A stretch of DNA of 64,000 bases from an uncultured archaeon (GTDB taxonomy: Archaea; Micrarchaeota; Micrarchaeia; Anstonellales; Bilamarchaeaceae), in the NCBI GenBank assembly GCA_963734525.1, contig CAVTHI010000006.1, positions 49,740 through 113,739 of the forward strand. Reading direction: 5' to 3'. Numbering within the stretch: position 1 is the stretch's first letter; every line of letters begins with the position of its first letter. The notes beneath the pieces were generated by a model. The model made no database searches and was not told the DNA's origin. It was given only the letters and a program-made list of their open reading frames with translations. Below are positions 40,250 through 50,883 of this stretch, piece by piece. The position numbers and the translations under genes are program-made.

Positions 40250-41287
40250 ATGAGGATCGTGCATTTCGACAGGAAGACCGGGGAGCTCAAGCTCCAGGTC
40301 GATACGCTCGACGACATGTGGCATCTCGACAAGGTGCTCGCCCCCGGGGACGAGGTCGAGGCCCACAGCCTGCGCACGTACAAGGTCGGGAACAAGGAGG
40401 AGAAGAAGTCGGTGAAGATACGCGTGAAGACCGAGCGCGTCGAGTTCTCGAAGACGTCTAACCGCCTGCGCATCCTCGGCCCCATCATATGGGGCGAGCC
40501 CGAGGAGTACATCCAGCTCGGGAAATACCACACTATCGACGTCGAGGAAGGGGGACGGATAAAAATCACCAAGCAGTGGAAGAACCACGAGGTGAAAAGG
40601 CTCCAGGATGCCGAGAAGGAATCCAAGAGGCCGCGCATCCGGATAATCGTGATGGACGAGGAGAAGGCTCTCACCGCTATGCTGAGGGTGTTCGGGGTGG
40701 AGTATGGCGCCGAATTCTACAGTTCCGGGAGCAAGAAGAGCGAGAATTACGAGAAGTCCGAGGGCGAGTATTTCGGCAACATAACTGCGGAAATCGAGCG
40801 CCATCCGGAAAAATACGTGGTGGCCGGGCCGGGATTCGCCAAGGAGAACCTGAAGAAGTTCATCGAGAAGCGCAAGCCCGAGCTCCTCAGGCGGATCGTG
40901 TTCGACAATGTCAGCTACGCCGAGCGCAGCGGGGTGAACGAATTGTTCAACCGGGGCGTCATCGAGAAAATCATGGGCGAGGAGCGGTTCGAGAAGGAGA
41001 TGAAGCTCATCGAGGAGCTCCTGATTGAGGTGCACAAGGACACCGGAAGGGCGGCGTACGGGATTGCCGAGGTGAGGAAGTCCGTCGAAGCGTACGCGGT
41101 GAAGAAGCTCATAGTCCTGGACGATTATATCCGCACCGACAAGCAGGCCGAAGCGGTCGTGGAGCAGGCGGATGCGGCGAAGGCCGAGATAGTGATATTC
41201 TCCTCAGAAGGCGATGCCGGCATGAAGCTCAAGGGGCTCGGGAAAATCGCGGCCCTCCTAAAGTTCAGGCTTCGGGACGCGGAATAG
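40250..41287 (+). CDS. pelA: pelota (Dom34) ribosome rescue factor
   Basis: DTLDDMWHL, LRILG.I, G.YHT, AGPGFAK, LKGLG.IAALLKF. Confidence 0.93.
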   Translation: MRIVHFDRKTGELKLQVDTLDDMWHLDKVLAPGDEVEAHSLRTYKVGNKEEKKSVKIRVKTERVEFSKTSNRLRILGPIIWGEPEEYIQLGKYHTIDVEEGGRIKITKQWKNHEVKRLQDAEKESKRPRIRIIVMDEEKALTAMLRVFGVEYGAEFYSSGSKKSENYEKSEGEYFGNITAEIERHPEKYVVAGPGFAKENLKKFIEKRKPELLRRIVFDNVSYAERSGVNELFNRGVIEKIMGEERFEKEMKLIEELLIEVHKDTGRAAYGIAEVRKSVEAYAVKKLIVLDDYIRTDKQAEAVVEQADAAKAEIVIFSSEGDAGMKLKGLGKIAALLKFRLRDAE

Positions 41288-41891
41288 TCCCAGGACGACA
41301 TTCTTGAAATAGGAGAGCCTGAGCATCGACTTGTGGAGATACGGCTCGAAGCGCAGCGAGTTGAGGGGGCTCTTCCTCAGAACGATTTCGAAATATCGGA
41401 CGCGGACCTTTTTATGCATGTAAGCCATGTCGTGGGAAGGATAGAATTTCGCCCCTCCTTTCTCATGGAATCTTATCGCCTCCGGGCCGGAAAACGCGTA
41501 TATCTTCCTGAACCCCCGCAGACGCGCCCGCCTTATGCGCTCGTCCCTCAGCATGGTCCCGACATGGATTCCGGATTTGCCCCGCTGGTATTTTTCCCGG
41601 ACATACAGCCCTTTCAGGTACGTGCTCCCAAGGAGACGGTCTGCGAGGCGGTCGTTATACGCGCCCACGCCCGCGATTTCCCCGGTCTCCTGGTTTTCTG
41701 CGACGATTACGATGGAATCCTTGAGGATATAGCCGATTATCGCCTTATCGTCCTGGGCGAGCCACCGGTCAAGTTCATCGTCCGGATGCTGGCCGCCGCG
41801 GCTCGCCCTCAGTGTCGAGAACCCGTCCCTGAATCACCTGCGCGACCTCGCGATAGTCCCCGGGCGCATAATCGCGGATGATAATCGTCAT
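41258..41891 (-). CDS. GNAT-family acyltransferase 1, frameshifted near 41832
   Basis: MTIIIRDYAPGD joined to FRDGFSTLRASRGGQHPD..LYVREKYQRGKSG..EAIRFHEK.GA; paralogue of 50249-50878. Confidence 0.75.
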
Positions 41892-43237
41892 GAAGGCCGG
41901 CCCCCGCCGCTGATTGCCCGCCGCCGGGACACCTTCGATACCAGCCGGTCGAGCTTTCCCCTCCGGTTCCGCTTGATTTCATCGGCCTGCTCGAACTCAA
42001 CGCGGACGGGTTCATTGAGGCATGCGATGGCTATGCGGCGCTCGATGTCCCTCCTGGACGAATCCTTGAAGCCCGCCGCTGATGCGACATAGCGGAAAAG
42101 GAAAAGGTCCTCCTTCTCCTGAATCAGCTGGTAGGTGCGGATTCCTTTCACGACGCATTCCAAATCCGTGAAACGGACCGAAAGCGGCGAGCGCATCCGG
42201 CCGCTCGGCAGGACGACCATGTCATCCGCCCGCCCTTCGAGCGATTTGAGCACAGGGAGGCCGCGCCCGCACGGGCAACGCCCGCCCCAGCTGGCAAGAT
42301 CCCCCATCTCGTACCTGATGAGGGGCATGGCGCTGTTGCAGAGCGAGGTCATCACCACCCTCCCGGTCCCCTGGCGGAGCGGGCGGTTCCCCCCGTCGAG
42401 TATCTCCATATGGAACGAGCCGGTGTTCACGTGCATGCCGTGCCCTTCCGGGCACTCCCATGCGATCGGGCCGAACTCCCATGAGCCGTACTTGTTGAAG
42501 ACCGGGCACGAGAACGACTCCTCAAGAAGGCTGCGCCAGCCCGGCGTCAGCATCTCGGCCCCCGATATGACCTGCTTCAGGCGCACCGGCCTTGCGCTGT
42601 CCAGGTTCGCCTGCGCAAGCAGCGTCATCGCCGATGGATAGTATCCGAGCGAGTCCGCCCCTTTCCTGCGCATGGTTTCCAGGTTCTTCCGCTCGTCTTC
42701 AAGGATATCGAGGGAGAACCACGGAAGGACGCCGTACATCCGCCCCGAGTCCCGCCGTTTCGTGCCGTCGTGGAAATGCAGGGCCGCCGTCCGGCTGAAT
42801 GGCGTCAGACCGATTGACAGGGAATTCAGCAGCATCAGCGCGGTGCGGATTGTAGAGGCATTCCTGTCCATGCGGACGGTGAGCGGCTTTCCGGTCGAGC
42901 CGGTGGTTTCGCGGGAGATGACTGCGCCGTCCCCGGCAATCCCGCCCCCGCCGGGGCTGAAAGCGCCGGGATTCGACTGTATCTGCTCCTTAGAGGTGGT
43001 AGCGAGGGATTCCAAAACCGAGAAAGCGTCGTCGTGCCCGGTGCCGGTGCGAAAACCGCTTTCCCCCAGCATTTCCTTATAGAATGAAACGCCCGAGGCA
43101 TCTTCTAGCGCCTTTGCCAGGCGCTTCTCCTGCATGCTCAGGATTTCGTCGGGGCTTTTCCACTGCTCCAAAGCGAATCCGGCAAGATAACGCGCACCCC
43201 CGAACATCCCCATGCCCGCACCAAAAACCCGGTTCAA
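41888..43237 (-). CDS. PaaK/CapK-like adenylate-forming ligase 1
   Basis: TTGSTG P-loop, YGSWE, MPLIRYEMGD, CPCGRG, GRADD. Confidence 0.87.
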   Translation of the reverse strand: MNRVFGAGMGMFGGARYLAGFALEQWKSPDEILSMQEKRLAKALEDASGVSFYKEMLGESGFRTGTGHDDAFSVLESLATTSKEQIQSNPGAFSPGGGGIAGDGAVISRETTGSTGKPLTVRMDRNASTIRTALMLLNSLSIGLTPFSRTAALHFHDGTKRRDSGRMYGVLPWFSLDILEDERKNLETMRRKGADSLGYYPSAMTLLAQANLDSARPVRLKQVISGAEMLTPGWRSLLEESFSCPVFNKYGSWEFGPIAWECPEGHGMHVNTGSFHMEILDGGNRPLRQGTGRVVMTSLCNSAMPLIRYEMGDLASWGGRCPCGRGLPVLKSLEGRADDMVVLPSGRMRSPLSVRFTDLECVVKGIRTYQLIQEKEDLFLFRYVASAAGFKDSSRRDIERRIAIACLNEPVRVEFEQADEIKRNRRGKLDRLVSKVSRRRAISGGGRPS

Positions 43238-44128
43238 CGGCCGCCGAGGCCGAGAATCATCCTTGCTTCGGATGGCGTTGCTACCGGGCGGCCGAGCTCC
43301 CCGGCGATTCGTGCGATGCGCTTGACCAGCATCTCGTTCGTGGCCGGGACCGTCTTGCCGTAATCGTAATACAGGTTGTCCTCCAGCCCGACACGCACAT
43401 GCCCGCCCATCACCATCGCGGACGTGTTGATTGGCAGCTGGAACTTCCCGCCGCCTGCCGCGCCCCAGACTGAGCCTGCCGGGATGCTGTTCACCTGGTG
43501 GACGATGTCCACGAAACGGCCGGGCATCGTGCCGAGAAGGCCGAAGAACAGGTTCATATAGAGCGGCTGCCTGAAGAAGGACTTCCTCGCGAGGTAAGCC
43601 GCATAGTTTATCATGCCGGTCTCGAAAATCTCGAGCTCGGGGCGGATTTCCTTCTCGGCCATGCGCTTTGCGAGGCTTTCAATCATGCTGCGGAGAATTG
43701 ATGCTCGGCTCCGTGGGAAAGTTCATCGAGCCCATCGAGAGGCTTGCGAAATCGGGCTTCGCGTCGCCTTCGAGGTCGAGGACGGAGGAGCGCTGCTCGA
43801 ATGTCTTGAATACGCGGCCGCTTGTCGTCACGCAGATGATGCCGTCCGGGCAGGCCTTCCTTACCTTCGAGATGATTTCCACGTAAAGCTCCTTCCTGCA
43901 GGAGGGCTTCCCGTCATCCTCCCGGGCGTGGATGTGGAAGAATGACGCTCCCGCCGCGTAGCACTTTCCCGCATCGGAGGCGATTTCATCAGGCGTGCAG
44001 GGGACGTTCGGATTGGCGGCCTTGGACGAGAAATTGCCCGTGAGTGCGGCGTTGATGATGAGCTTCCTGCCTATCGGCAACTCGGAGCTCCCCTCCAGGT
44101 GGTACAGCCCTCCTTCCGTTTCGTCCAT
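43234..44128 (-). CDS. beta-keto acid cleavage enzyme (BKACE/Kce, DUF849), frameshifted near 43685
   Basis: IINAALTG, PNVP.TPDEI, HIHAR, SLSMGSMNF, PELEIF, GGHVRVGLEDN, ATPSEAR. Confidence 0.9.
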
Positions 44129-44240
44129 GTCGACCAGGAATGATATTGGAGGCTCAAAAATAAAAAACCGAGGCGGCGGGCTGGAAATGGGGATGGCAGT
44201 GCGACGAGCGGAGCGATTGGCGGCATAAGCCGCGGGAAAG

Positions 44241-45500
44241 TCACGGGGAGGGGTCGATGCGGGATATGAAGTCCCGCGCCTTCCCCCGCGTCCCGTGCGG
44301 GATTTCCCCTACCGCCTCCACGAACACCGGGATTTTTTCCGGAAGCGCGGCGAGGATTCCGTCCCGCACCCGCCCCTCGGCCCCGGAAGGGTTGCCCGGG
44401 ACCGGCACGATTATCACATGAAGCGAGCCGTCCTTCTCCTGCACCGCATGGTAGGATATGAGGCGGTCGGAAGAGTTAATCGGAATCTCGACGAAAATCC
44501 ACGGGAAGCGCCTGCCGCTCGGGAGGAGTATGAAGTCGGACGTCCGCCCGTCCAGGGAATTGATGACATGCAGGCCGCGGCCGCACCTGCATCCCGCGCC
44601 GAGCGTGCCGCAGTCGCCGATTTCATAGCGAATGAAGGGCATGGAATGGCGCCAGAGCGGCGTCACCAGGAGCCTGCCGCTCTCCCCTGCCCCCGCAAGC
44701 CTGCCCTGCGCGTCGACCGCCTCAACGATGACATTGTCGGAATTTACATGCAGGCTCCCTTTTTCGCATTCCCAGGCGATGGCCCAGCACTCGCTCGCCG
44801 CGTAGTAGTTCCTGATGCTCGCGCCGAAGGATTCCTCAATCGCCTTCCTTGCGTGCTCCCGCAGGATTTCTGATACCGAGATGGCCTTCGTTATCCTCAG
44901 CCGCGAACCTGACCTCATGTTCTGCTCTGCCATCAGCGCCATCACGGACGGGTAGGCGTAGATGACGTCCGGCGAAGCCGATTTCAGGGCCAGGAAGTTT
45001 TTTCCGATGTCCGGAGAAGGGAGGACGTCCCTTACGCGGAAGAGCAGGGGCTGCAGCGGGAATTTCGGCATCCGGCTGTACGCCATGTTCGCGAGCAGGT
45101 CGCGCGGCGAGAAGCCGCACTGCATGAAGCTGTGCTGGCGCAGGGCGGCGCCAATCATCCCGTCGGAATGGTCCATGAAATGCTCTAGGGCCTCGCCGGT
45201 CGTCCCGGTGGTGCGGTATTTCCTGAGCGAATCCCGGCCGCAGGAGTCGCTGATGAACGATGGGCAGTCCGCGCGTATGTCCGCCTTTTTCAGTATCGGA
45301 AGCGACTGCAGGCTCCCCAGGCCTTCGAACGCGATGCCGTTCAGGCATTTCCGGTAGTGCGGCACATGCTTCCGCGCGTGGGCGAGCAGGAGGCCCAGCC
45401 TCTCCTCCTGTATGGACTCGAGCTCTTCGCGGCTTTTCCACTGGTTTATGCGCAGCTCGGCCAGTTTCAAGGCCACGCGCACGGGGTCTCCCAACGCCAT
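44241..45500 (-). CDS. PaaK/CapK-like adenylate-forming ligase 2
   Basis: TTGTTG, YAASE, MPFIRYEIGD, CRCGRG, GRTSD. Confidence 0.87.
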   Translation of the reverse strand: MALGDPVRVALKLAELRINQWKSREELESIQEERLGLLLAHARKHVPHYRKCLNGIAFEGLGSLQSLPILKKADIRADCPSFISDSCGRDSLRKYRTTGTTGEALEHFMDHSDGMIGAALRQHSFMQCGFSPRDLLANMAYSRMPKFPLQPLLFRVRDVLPSPDIGKNFLALKSASPDVIYAYPSVMALMAEQNMRSGSRLRITKAISVSEILREHARKAIEESFGASIRNYYAASECWAIAWECEKGSLHVNSDNVIVEAVDAQGRLAGAGESGRLLVTPLWRHSMPFIRYEIGDCGTLGAGCRCGRGLHVINSLDGRTSDFILLPSGRRFPWIFVEIPINSSDRLISYHAVQEKDGSLHVIIVPVPGNPSGAEGRVRDGILAALPEKIPVFVEAVGEIPHGTRGKARDFISRIDPSP

Positions 45501-45617
45501 GATGTGGATTCAGCGGAAGCGGATAAATAGTTATACATATGCATGCCTGCGGGCCATAACTGCGGCGCTTGCGAGCTATGCCTGCCGGCTACGCTCGGAT
45601 ATGTGCGATGCACAAGG

Positions 45618-46883
45618 TCATGACTGCGGCGCCTGCGGCCGGAGCTTCGACACGAACTCCCTCATCTTGCCCGAGGCCGGGCGCGGGATGTCCCCCACGA
45701 ATTCCACTTCGACGTCCATCCGCTCGGGGAGGACGTCATTGAACAGACGGATTATCTCGTCTTTGCCGCATGGCCGCCCCGCATCCGGAATTGCCAGCAC
45801 ATGCAGCTTCTCCAGGCTTTCCTGTATGACCTGGTAGCCGAGCAGGCCGCCGATGCAGCTCAGCTGCAGGGCGACTTGGGACCAAGCGGCCCCTTTTCCG
45901 CTTGGAAGCGTTATCATCTGGACGCTGCGCCCCTCCAGCGACCGGATGACATGGAGGCCGCGCCCGCAGGCGCATTTTCCGCCGAGCGTTGCGATGTCGC
46001 CGAGGCGGTAGCGGATGAACGGCATGGAATGCCTCCAGAGGGAGGTAATCAGGACTTCGCCCTTTTCGCCTTCGCGGACCGCTCGCCCGTCCCTGCCCAC
46101 GACTTCGAGTATGACCGAGTCCGAGTTCACATGCATGTTCCCGCGCTCGCATTCCCATGCGAGGGCCCACGACTCGTTCGAGCCGTAGTAGTTGCGGATT
46201 CCGCACCCGAAGGATTCTGAAATCAGCTTCCGCGCCCTGCCGCCCAGCATCTCGGATGAGGATACCGCTTTCGGGAATCGGAGCGGCGAATCCGTTTCCC
46301 TGTTGATGCCTGCGAGGATTGCGAGGATTGAGGGGTAGGCGAACAGCATGCTGGGGCGCAGGGCTTTCAGCGCGGATAGCATCTTTTCCGGGCGCTCGGA
46401 CGGCGCAATCGCGCTGACGCGGTAGATGAAGCGCTGGATTCGGGTGGTCACGAACTTCGAATGCGTGAGCGCCGCCAGGCGGTCGGACGGGCCGAAGCCG
46501 CACTCGGTCAGGACGTGGTAGCGCAGCGCGGAGCCGAAGACGCCCTCGGACTCGTCGAAATATATCATCATCGGCACGCCCGTCGTGCCGCCGGTGCTCA
46601 TCTTGTGCAGGCTTCCTGCATCGCACCTGCGGTTGATGAACGAAGAGGGGCTGGCATTGATTTCGTCTTTTTCCATAATCGGCAGGCTGGCGAGGTCTTC
46701 GAGACTGCGCACCTTCACTGAGCGGAACGCCTTGCGGAAATGCGGGACGTCCTCCCTCGCGCGCGAGAGCACGTTGAGCAGCCTGCTTTCCTGGATGGAT
46801 TCGAGCTCTTCGCGGCCCTTCCACTGGTTGCGCTTCATGAGCGCTATAATCAGGCCGGCATCCAGCAGGTTTTTCAGGCCCAT
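45618..46883 (-). CDS. PaaK/CapK-like adenylate-forming ligase 3
   Basis: TGGTTG, YGSNE, MPFIRYRLGD, CACGRG. Confidence 0.87.
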   Translation of the reverse strand: MGLKNLLDAGLIIALMKRNQWKGREELESIQESRLLNVLSRAREDVPHFRKAFRSVKVRSLEDLASLPIMEKDEINASPSSFINRRCDAGSLHKMSTGGTTGVPMMIYFDESEGVFGSALRYHVLTECGFGPSDRLAALTHSKFVTTRIQRFIYRVSAIAPSERPEKMLSALKALRPSMLFAYPSILAILAGINRETDSPLRFPKAVSSSEMLGGRARKLISESFGCGIRNYYGSNESWALAWECERGNMHVNSDSVILEVVGRDGRAVREGEKGEVLITSLWRHSMPFIRYRLGDIATLGGKCACGRGLHVIRSLEGRSVQMITLPSGKGAAWSQVALQLSCIGGLLGYQVIQESLEKLHVLAIPDAGRPCGKDEIIRLFNDVLPERMDVEVEFVGDIPRPASGKMREFVSKLRPQAPQS

Positions 46884-46927
46884 ATGACAACCGCGCGTTT
46901 CATTTCAGGGGCGTGCATGGCACACCG

Positions 46928-47686
46928 TCATTTGCCGAGCTCGCGCGCCTTCTGTGTCGCGAATCGGACTGCCTCGTGTATCGCCTTGTCCGCGCCCTTC
47001 TGCTCCAGCATCTTCAGACCCGCCTCCGTGGTCCCGCCCGGGCTCGCGACCGTCTCGATGATTTTTTTCGTGCTCCATCCGCTCCTCATGAGCTTCCCGG
47101 TCCCGAGGAACGTCTGGGCCACGCATTTCTCGGCGGTCTCGCGGGTGAGCCCGCTTTTTACGGCCTCCTCAATCATCGCCTCTGCGAAAAAAGCCACGAA
47201 TGCCGGCCCCGAGCCGGATGCCGCCGTGATCGGGTCGAGATGGGACTCGTCGGTCTTGATGCAGAGCCCGAGCGACGAGAACGCGGTCAGGAAGACCTTC
47301 TCCTTCCTCTCGACCTCAGGATGCAGTGAGTATGCGATGACCGCGGATTCCACCTCCGCGCATATGTTCGGCATCACGCGGATGACGTTCTCCGCGCCCC
47401 ATGATTCGAGCTTTCCTATCGGCACTCCGGCGGCGCACGATACGATGAGCGGCGCGCCCACAAGCTGCCTGACCACTTCCTCGACGTGGGCCGGCTTCAC
47501 GGCGATTATTATCATGTCCGCGGTCTTGACCATGGAAAGGTCCTTGACCGGCAGGGCCCCGAGCTCGGATGCGATAGTCGCCGCGTTCTTGAAATCGCGG
47601 TCCACAAGCAGGAGCTCGTGGCTCTTCGAAAGCACGCGCGCGAATACGCTCCCAAGCCGTCCGATGCCTACGATTGCGATTCTCAT
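46928..47686 (-). CDS. proC: pyrroline-5-carboxylate reductase
   Basis: AVKP, RVMPN, SGSGPAF, SPGGTT. Confidence 0.94.
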   Translation of the reverse strand: MRIAIVGIGRLGSVFARVLSKSHELLLVDRDFKNAATIASELGALPVKDLSMVKTADMIIIAVKPAHVEEVVRQLVGAPLIVSCAAGVPIGKLESWGAENVIRVMPNICAEVESAVIAYSLHPEVERKEKVFLTAFSSLGLCIKTDESHLDPITAASGSGPAFVAFFAEAMIEEAVKSGLTRETAEKCVAQTFLGTGKLMRSGWSTKKIIETVASPGGTTEAGLKMLEQKGADKAIHEAVRFATQKARELGK

Positions 47687-47764
47687 GGAAACCCCTCGTA
47701 CTGGTAATGCATGTCTTGCCAACCGCTAATAAAGATGAAGGATTCGGCTGATTGCCCGGCGGAA

Positions 47765-49012
47765 TCATTCCCGGACCTGGCCCGTCCCCTCGACAATGTA
47801 CTTGTAGGTCGTAAGCTCGTGCAGGCCCATCGGGCCCCTCGCGTGGAGCTTCTGCGTTGAGATGCCCACCTCCGCGCCGAACCCGAACTGACCGCCGTCG
47901 GTGAAGCGCGTCGAGGCGTTCACCATGACCGCGGCGGCATCGATGTTTTGGGTGAAGAGCCTCGCGTTTTGTTCGTTCCGGGTGACTATCGCCTCGGTGT
48001 GCTTCGAATTGTATTTGTTTATATGGACGATTGCCTCTTCCACGTCCGCCACGACCTTTATCGCGATGATGAGGTCGAGGTATTCCTTCGGCCAGTCCTC
48101 TTCAGCCGCTGGCTTCGCGTAGGGGACGAGTTTTTGCGTCTCCGGGCATCCCCGGATTTCGACGCCCTTCTCCCTGAGCGCGGCGGCCATTCCGGGGATG
48201 AACGCGCTTGCCACGCCCCTATGCACCAGCAGCTTCTCCTCGGCGTTGCACACGCTAGGCCTCTGCGTCTTGGCGTTGATGACAATCCGCTTCGCCATCT
48301 CCAAATCCGCGCCATCGTCCACATAGACGTGGCAGTTGCCCGTGCCGGTCTCGATGACAGGGACGCGCGAGTTCTCCACGGTGTGCTTGATGAGGCCGGC
48401 CCCGCCGCGCGGGATGAGCAAGTCCAGGCGGCCCCGGGCCTTCATCATGATGTCGACTGCGGCCCGGTCAGGCGTGTCTACGAGCGCGGCTGCGCCCCGG
48501 AGACCGGCCTCAACGAGCGCCGGCGCGATTGCCGCTACGAGGGCGCGGTTGGAGTTCAGCGCGCTTGCGCTCCCGCGCAGGATGCAGGCGTTGCCGCTTT
48601 TTATGCAGAGCGTTGCGATGTCGATTGTCACGTTCGGGCGGTTCTCATAGACGACGCCGATGACGCCGAACGGCACGCGGACCTTCCGGATGCGGAGGCC
48701 GCTGGGAACGGTCCAGCTTTCCTCCTTCCCAAGGGGGTCCGGGAGTGCGGCGACTGCGCGCACGTCCGAAGCGATTGCCTTGACGCGCTGCGGGGTGAGC
48801 ATGAGCCGGTCGAGCTCGCTTTTCGTCATTTTGGCTTTTGCCGCATCCACGTCCAGGGCGTTCGCGCGGACGATGGCCTCCGAGCCCTTGTCCAACCCAT
48901 CCGCCATGCGCATGAGGAGCGCCACCCGTCCTTCCGCGCCCATGGACGCGAGCTTCAGGCCCGCGGCCTTCGCATCGTCCAGGAGGCCGTAAACGTATTT
49001 TTCAACATCCAT
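47765..49012 (-). CDS. proA: gamma-glutamyl phosphate reductase
   Basis: YENRPNVT, IPRGGAGLI, RPSVCNA, NASTRFTDG, STQKLHARGPMG. Confidence 0.96.
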   Translation of the reverse strand: MDVEKYVYGLLDDAKAAGLKLASMGAEGRVALLMRMADGLDKGSEAIVRANALDVDAAKAKMTKSELDRLMLTPQRVKAIASDVRAVAALPDPLGKEESWTVPSGLRIRKVRVPFGVIGVVYENRPNVTIDIATLCIKSGNACILRGSASALNSNRALVAAIAPALVEAGLRGAAALVDTPDRAAVDIMMKARGRLDLLIPRGGAGLIKHTVENSRVPVIETGTGNCHVYVDDGADLEMAKRIVINAKTQRPSVCNAEEKLLVHRGVASAFIPGMAAALREKGVEIRGCPETQKLVPYAKPAAEEDWPKEYLDLIIAIKVVADVEEAIVHINKYNSKHTEAIVTRNEQNARLFTQNIDAAAVMVNASTRFTDGGQFGFGAEVGISTQKLHARGPMGLHELTTYKYIVEGTGQVRE

Positions 49013-49072
49013 CGATATCCACCCAATCAGCCGTTCATCTCGCTGCAACCCGTTCATATCACTGCGAACCGT

Positions 49073-50158
49073 TCATACCACTACGGCCATGTCCGAGCTT
49101 CCGACGACCTCGGTATAGACGAAGCCGAGCTCGCGGCAGATGGATTCGATGTCCTTGCCCCTGATGCGCTCGAGCTCGTGCGAGAAGTAGTTCGTTATTC
49201 CCTTGCAGAGGACGCGGCCGTCATCGCCGGCTATCTCGACGACGTCCCCCTTGTCGAAATTCCCGCTGACCGACAGGACATGCTGGGGTATTATTCCGCA
49301 GCTCTTGCCGATTGCGCAGGACATCGCCTGTTCGCTGACCGTGATGCGCCCCTTGGGCTCGGATGCGAACGCGAGCCAGTGCTTGCCCTCGCTGAGCCGG
49401 GGCTTGTCCGCGGGCAGGAACACGGTGCCGGATTCCCCGCTTATCGCCGTGGCCAGCGAGCCGTTCTTCGTCCCGTTCGCGACTATGACCTTCACCGAGG
49501 CTTCGGACGCGATTTTGGCCGCGCGCAGCTTTGCCGCCATCCCGCCCCTGCCCAGCGCATTGGCGCCCGAGCACATCCCCAGCGTGTCGTCGGTGACGAT
49601 TTTCACTTCCCGGATTAGCTTCGCCCCGTCCTCTTTGGGGTTCCTGTCGAACAGGCCGTCGACGTCCGTGAAAATCAGGAGCAAATCGGCGTCTATCGCC
49701 ACGGCGACATGCGCGGCCAGCGCGTCGTTGTCCCCGAAGGCGGACTTCTTGATGTCGAGCACGGTGACCGTGTCGTTCTCGTTGATTATCGGCACGGCCT
49801 TGTGCGCCATCAGCGTGTTCAGGGTGTTGCGGATGTTGAGGTATTTCATCCGGTTGGAGAAGTCCGCGTTCGTGAGCAGGACCTGCGCGAGCGTCCTGCG
49901 TTCCTCGAACGCGTTCTCGTACGCGTGCATCAGGTCGCTCTGGCCTATCGCGGCCAGCGCCTGGAGCATGGCCACGTCCTTGGGCTTCTCGTTCAGGCCG
50001 AGCTTCTTCATGCCGGTGGAAATGGCTCCAGAGGTGACTATGGCGAACTCGTGCTCCTGCATGCTCAGAATCTGGCTCGCAAGCTGGTCGATGAATATCG
50101 TGTTGACGCCGCTCCCGCCATTAAGCAGGGAGCTGCCTAGCTTGAGGACAATGCGCAT
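49073..50158 (-). CDS. proB: glutamate 5-kinase with PUA domain
   Basis: VLKLGSS, TSGA, INENDT, FGDND, GGM.AK. Confidence 0.95.
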   Translation of the reverse strand: MRIVLKLGSSLLNGGSGVNTIFIDQLASQILSMQEHEFAIVTSGAISTGMKKLGLNEKPKDVAMLQALAAIGQSDLMHAYENAFEERRTLAQVLLTNADFSNRMKYLNIRNTLNTLMAHKAVPIINENDTVTVLDIKKSAFGDNDALAAHVAVAIDADLLLIFTDVDGLFDRNPKEDGAKLIREVKIVTDDTLGMCSGANALGRGGMAAKLRAAKIASEASVKVIVANGTKNGSLATAISGESGTVFLPADKPRLSEGKHWLAFASEPKGRITVSEQAMSCAIGKSCGIIPQHVLSVSGNFDKGDVVEIAGDDGRVLCKGITNYFSHELERIRGKDIESICRELGFVYTEVVGSSDMAVVV

Positions 50159-50248
50159 GACTGTTAGCAGCAATGAGGTGAATTTAAACCTATGTTGCCG
50201 ACGCTGGTTGAATCGACATATGACGAAGCGGCGCAATCAGCCGGCGCT

Positions 50249-50878
50249 TCAAGCGCTGGCGGCAGGCTTGCCCGGCCCGCGGAAGAAATTGAGGATATAG
50301 CCGTATATCCGGCCGAGCCGGTGCACGTATGGCTCGATGTGCAGGCTGTTCCACAAGCTTTTCCTCAGTTCAATCTCGTAGTATTGCACGGTCACGGTCC
50401 CGAAGAGCTTCGCGTTATGCCGGGGGTAGAAGACGGCGCCGAACTTCTTGTGGAAGCCGACCGCTTCGGGGGTGGAGAATCCGTACATCTTCCGGTAGCC
50501 GAGCCTCTTGGCCTCGCCGATCGTCGCCTCGCGGAGCGGGCGGCCGATGCTGAACCCGGCCTTGCCGTGCTGGAACGCCTCCCTGACGTAATGGTTCCGG
50601 CTGTATGTGGAATTGATTATTCGCGCCGGCAGGTTGTCCGTGAGCGCGCCGATTCCCGCAAGCTCCTCGGTCCCTTCCACCTCGGCTACGAACACTATCG
50701 AGCCGTGGAGCAGCAGCTTGAGGAGGCTTTTGCCGTCCCTGGCCAGCAGCAGGTCCACCTCGTTGTCCGGATGCGTCCCGCCCCTGCTTTTTCGGAGCGT
50801 GCTGCTCGCGTCGCGGAAGACGCCTACGGCCTGCGGCCCGTCCCCTTCGCGGTATCTTCGGATTATCAGCCCGGCCAC
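50249..50878 (-). CDS. GNAT-family acyltransferase 2
   Basis: IIRRYREGD..YVREAFQHGKAG..EAVGFHKKFG; paralogue of 41258-41891. Confidence 0.75.
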   Translation of the reverse strand: MAGLIIRRYREGDGPQAVGVFRDASSTLRKSRGGTHPDNEVDLLLARDGKSLLKLLLHGSIVFVAEVEGTEELAGIGALTDNLPARIINSTYSRNHYVREAFQHGKAGFSIGRPLREATIGEAKRLGYRKMYGFSTPEAVGFHKKFGAVFYPRHNAKLFGTVTVQYYEIELRKSLWNSLHIEPYVHRLGRIYGYILNFFRGPGKPAASA

Positions 50879-50883
50879 GCCAT

